The notes under the pieces were generated by a model. It saw only the letters and a program-made list of their open reading frames with translations. It was not told the origin of the DNA and ran no database searches. From Octopus sinensis (lineage: Eukaryota), in NCBI RefSeq assembly GCF_006345805.1, contig NC_043006.1, positions 70,804,001 through 70,868,000 of the forward strand: a stretch of DNA of 64,000 nt, in the 5' to 3' direction. The translations under genes and the position numbers were made by a program. Below are positions 25,898 to 40,095 of the stretch, in pieces; the stretch's first letter is position 1, and the number at the start of each line of letters is the position of its first letter.

Positions 25898-26372
25898 ATA
25901 TTATTAGGAATTATATTTTTAAAAAATGTTTTAAATATTTTGTGTATTGTAAAAATATAACCAGTTTATTGCACAAATTTTAACAACAAAATCTTATAAA
26001 AACCCCACCAAGGGCCATATGGACCCTGATTGTGGACCATAGAAAAAGAAGATGGCGCATGTCTGTGTGTCACTCATTGCACTGTATTGGGGATTAAGAT
26101 CTTTACTTATCAGCGAGATCAATATTCCTCACAAAGGAAGGGTATCTTGTGGATCAGAAAGGGTGGAAAGTAGAGGAGACATATTGCCATGTTCTGTGAA
26201 ATTTAGATGGGATTGTTTTTGCAAAAAATAAAAAAAGAAGAAGCGTTTTGAACTTGCCCAACACCCACCACAGTGAAGAAAGAAGACTTGAATGGTTGCA
26301 AATTCTATTTTGTCTTCTAAATAATATTAAAAATGAGGAGGACCTCAGTCAAACCGTCCAACCCATTCCATA

Positions 26373-26423
<51 letters not shown>

Positions 26424-26628
26424 TATATATAAACACACACACAAGCACACATAAACATATTACACTTACACACCAACACATGTATATATTCTATTTTTAT
26501 ATATATATTATATATATATATATATATACACACACATGCATATACACACAAACACGCACACATACCAACACATGTATATATTGAATATGTGGTATATATA
26601 TTATATATATTGTGTGTGTATATACATA

Positions 26629-26666
<38 letters not shown>

Positions 26667-26932
26667 GTGGTAGATGGGTTGTTATTTGTCACTGAGAATC
26701 AGTGAGGCAGATGGGGCCTCTCTGCTGTTGCTCCTCTTTTTGTTGATGTTGTTGTTGCTGTTGTAGTAGTAACTGCAGCTGCTGTGTCCCAGATATGAGG
26801 AAGTAGTAATCATCCAATATGGATATTATTGGGGTTCTGCAAAGAATCAATAACTGATGAGGGTTGAAGTGTTTTCTGATCCTGAAGATGAAAGATCGCA
26901 ATATTTAAATGGGGTTTTTGCTAACATTTGTA

Positions 26933-26996
<64 letters not shown>

Positions 26997-27228
26997 TGCA
27001 TGTGTGTGTGTATCTTTAAATGATGAGGATGATGATGATGATACATACATAGATACAGATAGACAGACAGACAGAGAGTGATGTAGAGATAAAGACATAG
27101 ATGTATATGCATAAATAGATAGATAAATAGATAGATAGATGTGTATATGCAGATGTATATATATGTAGATACATACATTTATATTTTAATATATTACATT
27201 TGTATGTATATATATATATATATATATA

Positions 27229-27437
27229 ATGGGAAGCTTTATGAAAATAGACAAAAGACGAAGGCAGGTGGGAAACAAACAAACAATTGTATTAGTATGG
27301 CGCTCAGGAAATATAAATAAAACAAGTCTTTAACATTTCGAGCCTACGCTCTTCAACAGAAAGATACACAGAGAGAAAAAAAACACAGAAAGAAGGAGAG
27401 AAAAAAAATGCGTGCAGTAACTAACGAATCAACATGG
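27229..27437 (-). mobile_element. Penelope-like pLTR fragment carrying a hammerhead motif (family B)
   Basis: CpG-richer island between microsatellites containing the motif at 27327-27364; PLE origin inferred from the ribozyme type. Confidence 0.5.
27327..27364 (-). ncRNA. Minimal type I hammerhead ribozyme candidate (A6U core variant)
   Basis: Minus strand: UCUUU-CUGUUGA-A-GAGC[GUAG]GCUC-GAAA-UG-UU-AAAGA; stem I 5 bp, stem II 4 bp. Confidence 0.55.
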
Positions 27438-28287
27438 CGATCATATATATATATACACACATATTTATGCTTATATAGATGTACATGTGCTTATATAGAT
27501 GCACATATGCATATAGAAATATATCTATGCATTATATATAGATATACATCATCACATGCTTGGCTATATAGATAACAAGTTTACTTCCTGACCACATGGT
27601 TTCAGGCTCAGTCCCACTGTACCTAGGGCAAGTGTCTCCTTGATGTAGCCCTGGGTTGATCAAAACCTCGTTAGTGAAACCAATAACAAAAAGCTGTAAG
27701 GAGCCTGTTATATATGTGTATATGTGTGTAGGTTGCTGTGTGTACATCTGTTTGTTTGTTTGTTTATGTTTATGCTTCACAGCAGTTGTTATAAGTATTG
27801 TTGTTGTTATTGTCACTTCGGTCAGTAACTCGTCCGTTCATTTCATGCTTTCTTAGACATGTAGAATTAGAGATACTTTACTTGAAAACAGTCATGGGTG
27901 AGCAACAGGAAAGATATCCAGCTGCCGAAGATTGCCTCGGTTATATATTTGCCTTATATATAAACCGAACGAATGAACAGTGTGTGTGTGTGTGTAAGGA
28001 GCATCTGTGCAACATGTGGTCACCTACATCAAAAAAAGGACTTGTTAGCAGCTACTGTGTTTACTGTTGTTTTGCCCCAGGTCAGCCCTGATCCAACTAA
28101 GCTATAACAAAATAGAGTGCTATATTCGAAATACTTCATTTTAATATAGGCACAAGGCCTGAAATTTGAGGGGAGGGTACTGGTCAATTGCATCAACAAT
28201 AGGGCTCAACTGCTATTTAATTTATAAAAACTGAACAGATGAAAGGCAAAGTCAACCTCGGCAGAATTTGAACTCAGAACATAAGGT

Positions 28288-28680
28288 GCAGAAGTGGCTG
28301 TGTGGTAAGTAGATTGCTTACCAACCACATGGTTCCGGGTTCAGTCCCACTGTGTGGCACCTTGGGCAAGTGTCTTCCACTATAGCCTCGGGCTGACCAA
28401 AGTCTTGTAAGTGGATTTGGTAGACGGAAACGGAAAGAAGCCTATCATATATATGTTTATGTATGTATGTGTGTGTCTGTGTTTGTTCCCCCCCCCCAAC
28501 ATTGCTGGACAACTAATGGTGGTGTGTTTACGTCCCCATAACTTAGCAGTTTGACAAAAGAGACCGATAGAATAAGTACTAAGCTTACAAAGAATAAGTC
28601 CTGGGGTCGATTTGCTCGACTAAAGGCAGTGCTCCAGTATGGCCTCAGTTATATGACTGAAACAAGTAAAAGAGTAAAAA
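28288..28680 (+). mobile_element. Full-length CORE-type tRNA-SINE, inserted next to a minus-strand Meta-type SINE
   Basis: A-box-like GTGGCTGTGTGGTAA, B-box GGGTTCAGTCCC, CCTTGGGCAAGTGTCTT core, tail GACTGAAACAAGTAAAAGAG. Confidence 0.9.
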
Positions 28681-30218
28681 AAATGCCACTTAGCATTTAT
28701 TCCAGAATGCCAACAATTCTACCAGCTCGACACCTTTCTATATGAGAAATATTGATTTCAGAGTTTGGCACAATGCCAGCAGTTTCAGGGAAGGGGCGAA
28801 GCTGGTTGCATCGACCCCAGTGCTCAACTGTTACTTATTTTTTATCACCCAAAAGGATGAAAGGTAAAGTCAAATGATATTAACAAAGGTAAATCACACC
28901 TAACCGCTTTAATATCCTGAATCCCCTGAACCTTATTTTAGCAATATTTCCCCTAACATAAAAATGATAAAGCCTTAAATATAACATGAGGCGTTTGAAA
29001 AGTATTTTTATACCTAATGATTGTATCTCACTACATTATCTAATGTGCATTTATAACAGCGGTGTATGGCTTTGGGGGAAAATTTATTTGCTATTCCTAG
29101 CAGATCTAACAAACCATATTGTCACTTTCCTTTGTGATTTCAGTGTATACTAACTACTGCTGTTGGTGTGTTGGTAGAGCAGCAACGGTACTGTGTTAGT
29201 GCAGTAGCAACAGTAACGGAGTGCAGCAGTAGTCTGGATCCAACAACAAGGATGTTGTAGAGGAATGTATCAGCTGCTCCTTCTACTTTCACTTTAGTAC
29301 CTCTTTCTCCTACTCCTTCTCCTCTTGCACTGTTCTACTTTGGTAGTGTGATACTGACTGGATCTCCTCTTGATTGAGATGGTGGAGGAAGAGCCGATGG
29401 TGAGATGATGGCGGTGTCATGATAGTAGTTGTGAAGACCAGTAGTAGTAGTAGTAGTAGTAGTAATAGAGGGGCTAGTAGCAGTAAAGTACGTGTTGTAG
29501 CAGTAGTGGTGATGTATGTACATTGAATATTAGTTGTAACAGTAGAGAGGACTCTATCGGTGGTGGTGGTAGTGGTGGTGGTGGTGTAGTGAGGATTTCC
29601 TATGGTGATGCATTTTTGTTGCACACAAAGTAATGCAGCTGCAGTTTACCTCTCTCTCTCTCTCTCTCTCTCTTCCCCACCCAACTTCACCATCCTTAAG
29701 TCTACCATCCCCACACTCCACTCCACTCTCTCCCTTTAAATTTCTCTTATTATTTTGCACTTCCTTATTTTTGTAAAAGTCACATGATAATGTATACACA
29801 AAAATGTGCATGTGTGTGTGTGTATGGAGATATATATATATACTCACACATACAAATAAGAACACACTCATATGCAAATATATACATGTGCACATTATAT
29901 ATATATATATATACACACACACACATATACATATATATGCATAGATATACATGCATGTAGATATATGTGTGCGTGTGTGTGTATACATATATGTACATAC
30001 AGACACACACACACACACACACACAAGTATATATATGTGTTGTTGACATCAAGAACCTTATAAATTTTCAAGAGAACCTGTGTTCTTGTTTTGTTTGTTT
30101 GGGGTTTTTTTTCTTTGTGATAGTCAATCTCAAAGCACACATGAAGCTGTAAATAACACCATGTTAATGTTAGCTTGAAAAACCCAATATCCAAAAGGAT
30201 ATTTCAATCTAATATTTA

Positions 30219-30358
30219 CATGTATGTATGTGTATGTATATATGAATGTATACATGTATGTATGTGTATGTATATATGAATGTATACATGTATGTATATA
30301 TGTATGCATGTCTATATGAGTGTATACATGTATGTATATATGTATATGTATGTATATG

Positions 30359-30403
<45 letters not shown>

Positions 30404-30416
30404 ATATATATGTATG

Positions 30417-30447
<31 letters not shown>

Positions 30448-31069
30448 GTATGTATGCATATATGTATGTATATTTATGTTGTATGCATATATGTATGTAT
30501 ATTATGTATGCATATATGTATGTATATATATGTATGCATATATGTATGTATAATATGTATGTATGCATATATGTATATATATATGTATGCATATATGTAT
30601 ATATATGTATGTATATATGTATATATATATATATATGTATATATGTATGCATATATGTATATATATAATATATATATATAATGTATGTAATATATATGTA
30701 TGTATATATATATATATGTATATATATTATGTATGTATGCATATATGTATGTATATTTATGTATGTATGCATATATGTATGTATATATATGTATGCATAT
30801 ATGTATGTATATATATATATATGTATATATATATGTATGATATATGTATATATGTATATGTATGTATATATATGTATATATATGTATGTATATATATATT
30901 ATATGTATGTATATTTATGTATGTATATATATATATATATATATGTATATGTATGTATATATGTATATATATATGTATGTATATTTATGTTGTATGCATA
31001 TATGTATATTTATGTATGTATGCATATATATATATATAATGTATGTATATATGTATGTATGCATATATG

Positions 31070-31100
<31 letters not shown>

Positions 31101-31225
31101 GCATATATGTATATTTATGTATGTATATATATATGTATATGCGTATGTATGTATATATATATGTATATGCGTATGTATGCATATATATATATATATATGT
31201 ATGTATATATTTGTGTGTATGTGTG
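30219..31225. repeat. About 1 kb degenerate (TA)/(TATG) satellite
   Basis: Direct reading; source of many spurious ORFs. Confidence 0.95.
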
Positions 31226-31589
31226 TGGCTGAGCTAAAGTGGTGTTGTTTGTTGTCCTACAATCACTCTTGTAGGTTTGTTTTCTTGACAGAGCTCTGTA
31301 CATTGGTAACTGCTTTACTTGAAAAACATGGGTAAGGGTTATTGGCAGAAAGCGCTGTTTTCCTGTAAAACAATGCTTCGACAATATATACATACATACA
31401 TATATATATATTTTGAACCCCTGATTTCTATGGGATAAGCAGACTTAAAAACATTCCACTGCTCCCACTACTGCTACTTCTCTGTCATGACTACTGCTCC
31501 CATAACATAGTGGAAAAAAAACCCTTGCCACCACCCAACCATTGTTGTGAGATTCAAATAGTCTTTAATCTAAAGTTTTTGAAATGTCA

Positions 31590-31760
31590 AAACTGGAAAT
31601 GTGAATCCTGAAATAACAGTTGACGAGTGTCTGGTTACCATTGGTTACTGACAACAACACCCGCAAGACATAAAGGGAGATATTATGTCTATGTGGTGGG
31701 TGTGGTGCTCACTGTCCATGTTTTTGTTGTTAAATGTAAGAAAAGGGTACGCTTGGATCA
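31590..31760 (+). mobile_element. Possible piggyBac transposase remnant
   Basis: NPEITVDECLV resembles the first catalytic Asp motif (TVDE) of piggyBac transposases; followed by RHKGRYY and a Cys-rich frame resembling the C-terminal domain; heavily deleted. Confidence 0.35.
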
Positions 31761-32667
31761 GAAATAGGTATTTTCTCTTTAGTTTGTTTCACCCAGTATT
31801 TATGGATGACACAACCACACCTCAATCACCTCTTCATAAGGTTTGGTTTTCATTTAACCCTTTTAACTACAAAATTAAATTTCAGGGGTTTGGGGGTTAT
31901 GTCAATAAGCTTAGTATGTATAAACACAGTCATCGTAAAAAGGAGCTGTTCTTCTGTGACACACAATACAGCGACTAGCATATTTCAGTTGAAATTTCAG
32001 TCATTCCTGTAATAATGATTAATGTCTACCAAAAAATAGAATTGGTATTTTCTGCAAATCACTTTGCCTCAATAAACTTGACACATCTCAACAGAAAATA
32101 ATGTCAAGCATGGCATTCCTAAACAAAATATAGATTGATATACAAAGCTACTTTCCACAGTTAAGAATAATGAAAATTTGATTGGATTATATCTGATTTC
32201 TGCATTAAAACGGTTAATGACCTCGCAGACTTCAAAAGAATTTGAATTTGAAACCAAGGGAAATATAAACTGCTGCCAAGGTATTTTTAGTCTGGCATTC
32301 TGTTTTTAGTTCCTTTTTTCTTTTTCAATAATATTTTCCAGCATAGGAAAGGAGTTAATCTAGTGAATCAATCTAAGTTCTGAATCAATATTTTATTTTA
32401 TCATAGGCACAAGAGTGGCCGTGTAGTAAGTAGCTTTCTTACCAATCACATGGTTCCGGGTTCAGTCCCACTGCATGGTACCTACTATAGCCTCAGGCCA
32501 ACCTTTTTTGAGAAGTGGCCCATATGATGCCTGGTTCATCATCAAGCAGAGCTACACTACTAAAATATCCAAAGTGATTTTTCATTCAGAAAGTCCTGTG
32601 TGCTGCAGTTTGCTCGTAATTGTTGTATCTAATGCAGGCACACGGTTAGCACTTCTGGGAGAATGGT

Positions 32668-33224
32668 TTAACCCTTTAGCATTCAGATTACTCCGTCAAA
32701 TGTAAGGCTTATTCATTGCCTCTGCGGATGTATTGTTTTCAGTCTTGTTTGTTTGTCCTTGGACCAAGAACCGCTGGATGCATTCGGATGAAACTTTCAG
32801 GGATGTTTGGCCTCATGACTGGCATGAACTGATTAGATTTTGGGATTGATCCGGTACCGGACAAGGATTCTGAATTATTTTCCCTGTGTTTTTACTTAAT
32901 TTTTGAGAGTGGTCGGGTTCATTTTTAGTATTCTCGTTTGTGAGAACAGTTGAGTTTATTTCAGATATTCTCATTTTAAAAATTATCTCTGGCTAATCGT
33001 CAAGAAGATGTTGGTGTTGCCCTAGTGGAAGTTTGCACTCCCTGAATGCTCTTGTTCACATTGTTTTCAATTAACCATTCATTGCCTCAAAGGTCTGAAA
33101 TTTTGATGATGTCGTTGTTTACTCTTGGAATTACATTGTAGGATAGGTATAAGAGGCCAGTTTGAACATAGAACATGTGGAGCATTTGGGCCACATGTGG
33201 CTGTTTTGAATACTAAAGGGTTCA
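32668..33224. mobile_element. piggyBac-type MITE (TTAACCCTTTAGCATT family) interrupted by a HINE-like element
   Basis: TTAA-CCCTTTAGCATTCAG ... GAATACTAAAGGG-TTCA; same family at 38882-39098, 42559-43185, 46759-46982. Confidence 0.8.
32715..33056 (+). mobile_element. Helentron-associated (HINE/DINE-like) non-autonomous element
   Basis: 5' CCTCTG...GTATTGTTTTC, (GTTT)n, GATCCGGTACCGGA hairpin, 3' GGAAGTTTGCACTCCCTGAATGCTCTTGTT; homologous to 34722-35039. Confidence 0.6.
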
Positions 33225-33805
33225 TTGAGGACATTGACAACCCCTTCTTTCCCCCAATGTTGACTGCAGATTTCTTTTATTGCTGCTGAAAAGATGAAAA
33301 AGGCAGTATGGACCTAAATGGGATTTGAACTCAGAATGTAAGGAGCATGTAATGTTGTTGTTGCTGCTGATGATGATGGTGATGGTTATGACCACAACTT
33401 TTAAAGTAGCATCTATATTCCTTATACGTGCTTCTACTAATATGAACATGTGTGTGTGTGTGTTTGTGTGTGAGTAGAATGTAAACAGAAATTTCACAAA
33501 TACTTCATAATTTAATTACACTCAACAGCTGTTTCATTAACAATAAACAACATTAACTCTATAATTATTGTGGAAATGGTTTTTGATGTTTATTTATCAA
33601 TTCTCACTACATAGTTATATTCATGTGTGCATATATAGACATATACATATAAATACGAAATTGATTATGTTATTCCTGTTGTCATTATTTAATTTATATT
33701 ATACACTGTACTCGACTAACACTTTCTTCTGAAGCATATGTATATTGAGTTCTAACATTTGGTTATTACTATTACTATGCCTGAATAAGTATAAATATGT
33801 TTGTC

Positions 33806-33846
<41 letters not shown>

Positions 33847-34029
33847 GTGTGTGTGTGTATTCATATATTAACGTGTGTGTGTGTATGTGCATATCTCTCT
33901 CTCTCTCTCTCAATATATATATACACACATACAAGTTTATGTATTTGGTTTGCACAATTCCTGATATGAAAGTGTATGTTGAAATTTGGGGATGGTTATA
34001 TTTGTGCCAATTAAATAAATTAAACACAC

Positions 34030-34066
<37 letters not shown>

Positions 34067-34299
34067 TAATAATAATATAATAATGATAATTTATTGTTAT
34101 TATTATTATTATTATTACTATTATTATCATCATTATCATTATTTTTCTAAGCTTTTCCATCACATTCTGTGATCGCCTCCGCAACTATTTATTTCGCGTT
34201 TCTCCTTTTGTTCAGTCTAGTCGATGGGAGACACAAAGGATAAAAGCAGGGTATGCGATGAAAGACCTTAGACAAAAGGACACTAAAATGATGATACTC

Positions 34300-34712
34300 T
34301 AAGCACAAGGCCTGTAATTTGGGAATGAGGTATTGTTGATTACATCAACCCCTACTCAACTGGTACTTAATTTATCGACCCCAAAAGGGTGAAAGGCAAA
34401 GTCGACCTAAGCAGAATTTGAACTCAGAACATAATGGCAGATGAAATACCGCTAAGCATTTCACCCGGTGTGCTAACAATTCTGCCAGCTTGCTGCCTTT
34501 GGTTTCAAATTTTGCCACAAGAGGCAGCAGTTTTGGGTGGGGGATGAGTCATTTACATCAGCCCCAGTGTTCAATTGCTATTAATTTTATTGACTCCCGA
34601 AAGGGTGAAAGGTAAAATCGATCTTGGCAGAATTTGAACTCTGAATGTAGCAACAGGCGAAATACCACTAAGCATTTCAGCAGCATGTTAACGATTCTGC
34701 CAGCTTGTCGCC
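34300..34712 (-). mobile_element. Tandem Meta-type SINE copies (2 near-complete plus partial)
   Basis: Repeated GAAAGGCAAAGTCGACC...GAATTTGAACTCAGAA...TTCTGCCAGCT. Confidence 0.8.
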
Positions 34713-34721
34713 GTAATAATA

Positions 34722-35039
34722 AAACCTCTGCCAAGGCAACTCTAGCATCCTCTCAACGATTTGTCGAAGATGATTTTTAAAATGAGAATATCTGAAATAA
34801 ACTCGACTGCTCACACGAACAAGAATACTAAAAATGAACCCAACTGCTCTCAAAAATTAAGTAAAAAAAAAAACGGAAAAATAATCCAGATTCCTTGTGC
34901 AGTACCGGATCAATCCCAAAATCTAATCAGTTCGTGCTAGTCACAAGGCTAAACATCCCTGAGTCCATCCGAATCCATCCAGACAAACAAACACGACTGA
35001 ACACAATACCTCCACCTTTGCTAAGGCCAGAGGTAATAA
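34722..35039 (-). mobile_element. HINE/DINE-like non-autonomous element
   Basis: Minus strand 5' TTATTACCTCTGGCCTTAGCAAAGGTGGAGG hairpin and 3' sub-TIR CCTTGGCAGAGG; homologous to 32715-33056. Confidence 0.65.
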
Positions 35040-35064
35040 AGCTGAAACAAATATAAAATTATAT

Positions 35065-35101
<37 letters not shown>

Positions 35102-35329
35102 TCAGTAAATGGTGGGGTTGTGTTAACCGCACATGGAGAAATGATAGGAGAGGAAAAACTGATAAGGCAGAATGCTATATATATATAAGCTCAGGAGTGG
35201 CTGTGTGGTGAGTAACTTGCTTAATAGCTACATGGTTCTGGGTTCATTCCCACTGCGTGGCACCTTAGACAAGTGTCTTGACCAAAGCCTTGTGAGTAGA
35301 TTTGTCAGACGGAAACTGAAAGAAGCCCA

Positions 35330-35398
<69 letters not shown>

Positions 35399-38300
35399 AC
35401 ACTGCCAGGCCTGCATATATATGTATGTATGTGTGTGTGTGTGAGTGCGTGCGTGCATATGTGTATGAATAGATCATCATCATTGTTTTAATGTCCACTT
35501 CCCATATGACATAGGTGTAATGGAATTTTTTGTGTATGTTCTGCAGCCAGGTACCTGTTTCCAAGTAAGGTAATATTCCCCCACAACTAAACATATATTT
35601 CACAGTAGACTGGGAACAAAAAAACATTACTTGGCCCAAGGTCCCACTCAGTAGCATTGAAACCAGAACCATATGGTTGAGAAGCAAACTTATTACCTCT
35701 CACAACACACACACACACACACACACACACATATTTGGTTGAAGCTGATGATTCACTCTGAGAATTATGAATTCTGTGCTGCTTTGTGTGTGTGTGTCTG
35801 TGTGTGTGTGCGCTGATCTGTTTGGATGCAGATACCCAGGCTGGAAATTGCACTGACTCACCTCAGTTGATGTTGAATCAATGCATAAATATGTTTATGT
35901 TTATATATATATATAATATATATATATATACTAATATAGGATGAAGTTTTTTTTACAGAAAAAAAATTCCATCAAAAACTGTGGCAGCATATTAATATAC
36001 CTTTACGGTTAAAATTATAAACAACTTAAATATAAGGCTTAAAGAAAATTGAAATAATTTTCTTTAGCCCTTATATATAAGTTGTTTATATATATATATA
36101 CATACATATGGCTGCTTCAGTATGTGTGTGTGTATTTATATATATAGTCATCATCATCATCGTTTAACGTCCACATACATATCTATCTATATACACACAC
36201 ACATACACTTACTGAGACTGCCATATGTGTTTATGTATGTGAGTATAAATATTGAAAAATAGTCAGCAATTCACTCCATTAGTCAGTTTCATACAGTCAT
36301 ACATACACACACGTGCACACACACCCTGTGTGTGTGTGACACTAATAGTGAAGTGAGTCACTGGCTCTTTTCCAATAAATATAAACTTTACTTCATGTAT
36401 TGAGTTCTGTTTCCATTAGTTTGTATACATGCACACACCATATATAAGTTCATACATTTACTGTACTATACACCCACCAAGCTGTGACATTTTATGTGAA
36501 CCCTCCTCCCATGTTAAAATTTAAAAAAAGGAATCTCATGTGATATTTCTATAGAGGACAGTTAGCTGTGATGTACTCTAATGTCCTTTCATCTGCCCTC
36601 TTTCTTTCCTGTTTCCCTGTATCCAGCTAGCATCCTTAAATGTCCCTCCACTGTGATCATGGCATGATATGGAGTATTGCTGAGGTACCATCTTCCAGCC
36701 AACCACATACCTCAGTTATCCACTGCAGTAGCTTTCCTGCACAACACCTTAAGGTTGATTTCATGTGTAGCTGCTGTTGTTTAACCCTAAGTCAGGCCTG
36801 ATTGAGCACACTTACACCCACAGTCATTTCAGATCACAATATCTGATCTGTACCTCCACATTTTGAGTTGTTAGAGGATAATTTGACTAAATTTTCCAGC
36901 TGGTTAAGCCAAGTGACAAATCTGTCATCATATAGGTCATTCTGGGATTTGAAGTTGCAATGGCAGTTCTCAGTTGCAACTCCCTGGGCCACATGCAGCC
37001 CTCAAGCATCCTTCAGGTGGCCCTTGACAGTCTTCCCTTTATAAATATTGTAGATTCTTCTTTAATTGTCTTGTGTTTTACTTGTTTTGGTGCAGCCCCT
37101 AAAAAAATCCAGGTTTTGAATGTGGCCCAGATATTAAAAGGTTTCAGCACCCCTGAACTACAACACAAAGGGCCAGAACAAATACCACAAGTCCATACAG
37201 TCTAACACTGTAACAGTTCTGCCAAATCATCACCCTAGGCTGGTACTTAATTCATCGACCCCAAGAGGATGAACAGCCAAGTTGACTTCTGTGGGTTTTG
37301 AACTTAGAACATAAGAAACTAGAATGAATACCTCGAGATATTAAATCTAACATTCAAATTACACCTCTACCAGCATGCCACCAACTAAAGCCCAGTAGGT
37401 GACTCGTATTTAACTGGTATTCTATCTATATGCCCAGTCCTTAGCCTTTTTATGCAGAAGCTGACAAATTAGTTGTGATGGTTGTAACCAAATACGTCAG
37501 CCAAGTATATTACTGGTACTCTATTTCATCCATCCTAGATAGGTGAAAGTCTGAAATAACCTCAACAGGATTTGAATTCAAAACAAGTAATAATAATAAT
37601 AATAATAATGATGCTGATGATGATGAGCAAAGCTTATCAGTTTAGAAATAGTTGTGTCTATTGTCTCCAGATGGAAGCAATTCTATTGTATCCATTGTGT
37701 AATATACAGCATAATGGTATTTTCTGTAGTTGTTGTTGTTGTTGTCATCGTCCTTGTTATAATCACTTGTTAAAAACAGACAGCTCAGCTGTTTATTATT
37801 GCCGGGATCTATGGTAATTGGTTAACAATTTAGTTAAAAAGTAATAGCAAGCGAATAATAATAATAATAATAAAAGTGGTAATGATTTTTTTTAAAAATA
37901 TTTTTAGTAACACAAGTGTGAGAGAGAAAATGTGTCAGCATAAAACAGATGGGATTTCACTTTATTGTAGAGGCTGAAAGGAAAGAAGGAAGGAAGCCTC
38001 TGAAAGGCCCACAAATGACCAAGTTTCTTTTTGTGTTAAATGTGTTGGGTGCAGGAGTGGGTGGTGGACTGGGGGTGTTCTATACTAAACAAACTCAGTA
38101 AATGTTTCATTACCATCACCTACCATCACCAGTGTTGGCGTCGTTGTCATCATTATCGTCATCATCATCACTACTACCACCATCATTAATTAGTGGGTGC
38201 AATTGATTAACCCCACCCTACCCCTTAGAAAAATGTGTGTGGCCTTGTGCACAAATCATCATCATCATCATCATCATCATCACCATTACTACTACAGCTA

Positions 38301-39221
38301 CTACTACTGTTCGTCATCCCACAAACACCCACCAGAGGTCACTAGTGTATCAGCTGCCTCGGCTCCCCTCTCCCCTCGCTAACTTTTCCCAAACTTTTTG
38401 CATCTGGAGTTTCTGACTCATGTAACAGGGTTGGGTGGGGTAGATGTTGTACTGGGTGGATGTAGGATCTTTGATCAGCTATTGGTGGGGGTCAGCTTTT
38501 TACTGGGTAACTTTTGTTTATACTATTTGGCTGTTTGTTGCTGTTGTCTAGCCCTTGGTCAGCTGTGATCCAGTTGTGACCATTCTATCTTTTATTCATA
38601 TATATATATATATATATATATACCACTTTATATATATATATATATACCACTTTATTCACTGAATCACTTGAGTTGATGTAATGAACCAAGATGTGTTAAT
38701 TACAATTACATTTGTGGTAATGAATCTAATCGTTATCTTACTGATTAATTCTGGCAAAGAATGGGAAGGGAGGTAACTGTGGGATTAAAATTTATTAAAA
38801 ATTTACTACAATTGTGGTAGGGGAAAGTGAGTGTGATCTGTGGCAGTACAGTGATAACATTGGACATGATTTGGTCTTAGTTTTAAACCAACCATATCCA
38901 GCCCCACCCAAATATTCTTGTTTTTTGTTCAAACTAGTCATATCAGGCCTCTCACACCTTTTCAACAATGTCATTCTAAAAATAAACCATCACATCACTG
39001 AAATCTGAAAGCTACAAGATAATGCATGAGTAATTCAAAATAATGTGAATATATAAGTATTATATTTGACAGAATAAATCTGAATACTGAAGGGTTAAAG
39101 ACAATATATAGGGTCAATTCATTTGACTAAAGTTTTTTAAGTAAATGATAAGATTTATCTATCTATCTATCTGTCTGTTTATATATCTAGATACATACAT
39201 ACATGCACTCACATATCTATA

Positions 39222-39838
39222 TACGTAGTCTGATCAATAAGTATCCGGACTGTTGCTATAGTAATGAAGATAAAACATGCAGAGTGAAGCCGTTTGGTAC
39301 AGATTGACCTTGAAGTCTAATGAGCATGCACACTAAGTTTTAACATTCTAGCTCGCTTCTACTGTTTACAGCAGTGCTTGGAAGGAAGGTATGTAGCATG
39401 TGATCATTGCACTGACCTTGACAGAGAAAGTTGAGCAGAGAATCTGCATCAAGTTTTGCCAAAAGCTTGGCAATACCTGCTCAGAGACCTATGCAATTTT
39501 TGAAAAAGTTTGCATCATTCTTGACACAATTAAGGAGATTTTGTGCAGTTGAAGACTAATTATCTTTTGGTCAGCTGAAAGCAGTTTATGCACAAACTTG
39601 GGCAGATGCACATCTCATACCCAAATCTTCAGTGATAATGGACTGATATGAACTGTAACTAATCTGCACATCTGCTGATAACTCACAGATGGTGATTCAA
39701 TGATTTCCCCTCTCAACTGCATGCACATCTGCGATGTTTTTCCCAGTTCTGCAGATATTGCCATGACAAAACTTCTCTGTCATAGTCAATGTGATGATCA
39801 CATGCTACACATGTTCCTTCCAAGCACTGCTGTAAGCA
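39222..39838. mobile_element. Mariner-derived foldback element with transposase remnants on both strands
   Basis: TA-CGTAGTCTGATCAATAAGTATCCGGACT TIR-like end; plus strand TEKVEQRICIKFCQKLGNTCSETY (39421-39492); minus strand ITICELSADVQISYSSYQSIITEDLGMR and QNLLNCVKNDANFFK, typical of mariner N-terminal/HTH region. Confidence 0.85.
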
Positions 39839-39910
39839 TCAGTGTATGTGTGTGTGTGTAGATATATATATATATATATATATTATATAATATATATATA
39901 TTATATATAT

Positions 39911-39954
<44 letters not shown>

Positions 39955-40028
39955 AATATATATGTAAGTATATATTTGTATGTATGTGTATGTATATATA
40001 TAATTATGTATGTATATATATATATATA

Positions 40029-40086
<58 letters not shown>

Positions 40087-40095
<9 letters not shown>

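Noticed and set aside
26854-26890. CTGATGA followed by a weak stem as a hammerhead
   Set aside because: No GAAA after stem II and no stem I/III pairing.
34170-34290. CpG-containing island with GTCT/AGAC pairing and GAAA
   Set aside because: No CUGANGA core; probably another repeat fragment I cannot name.
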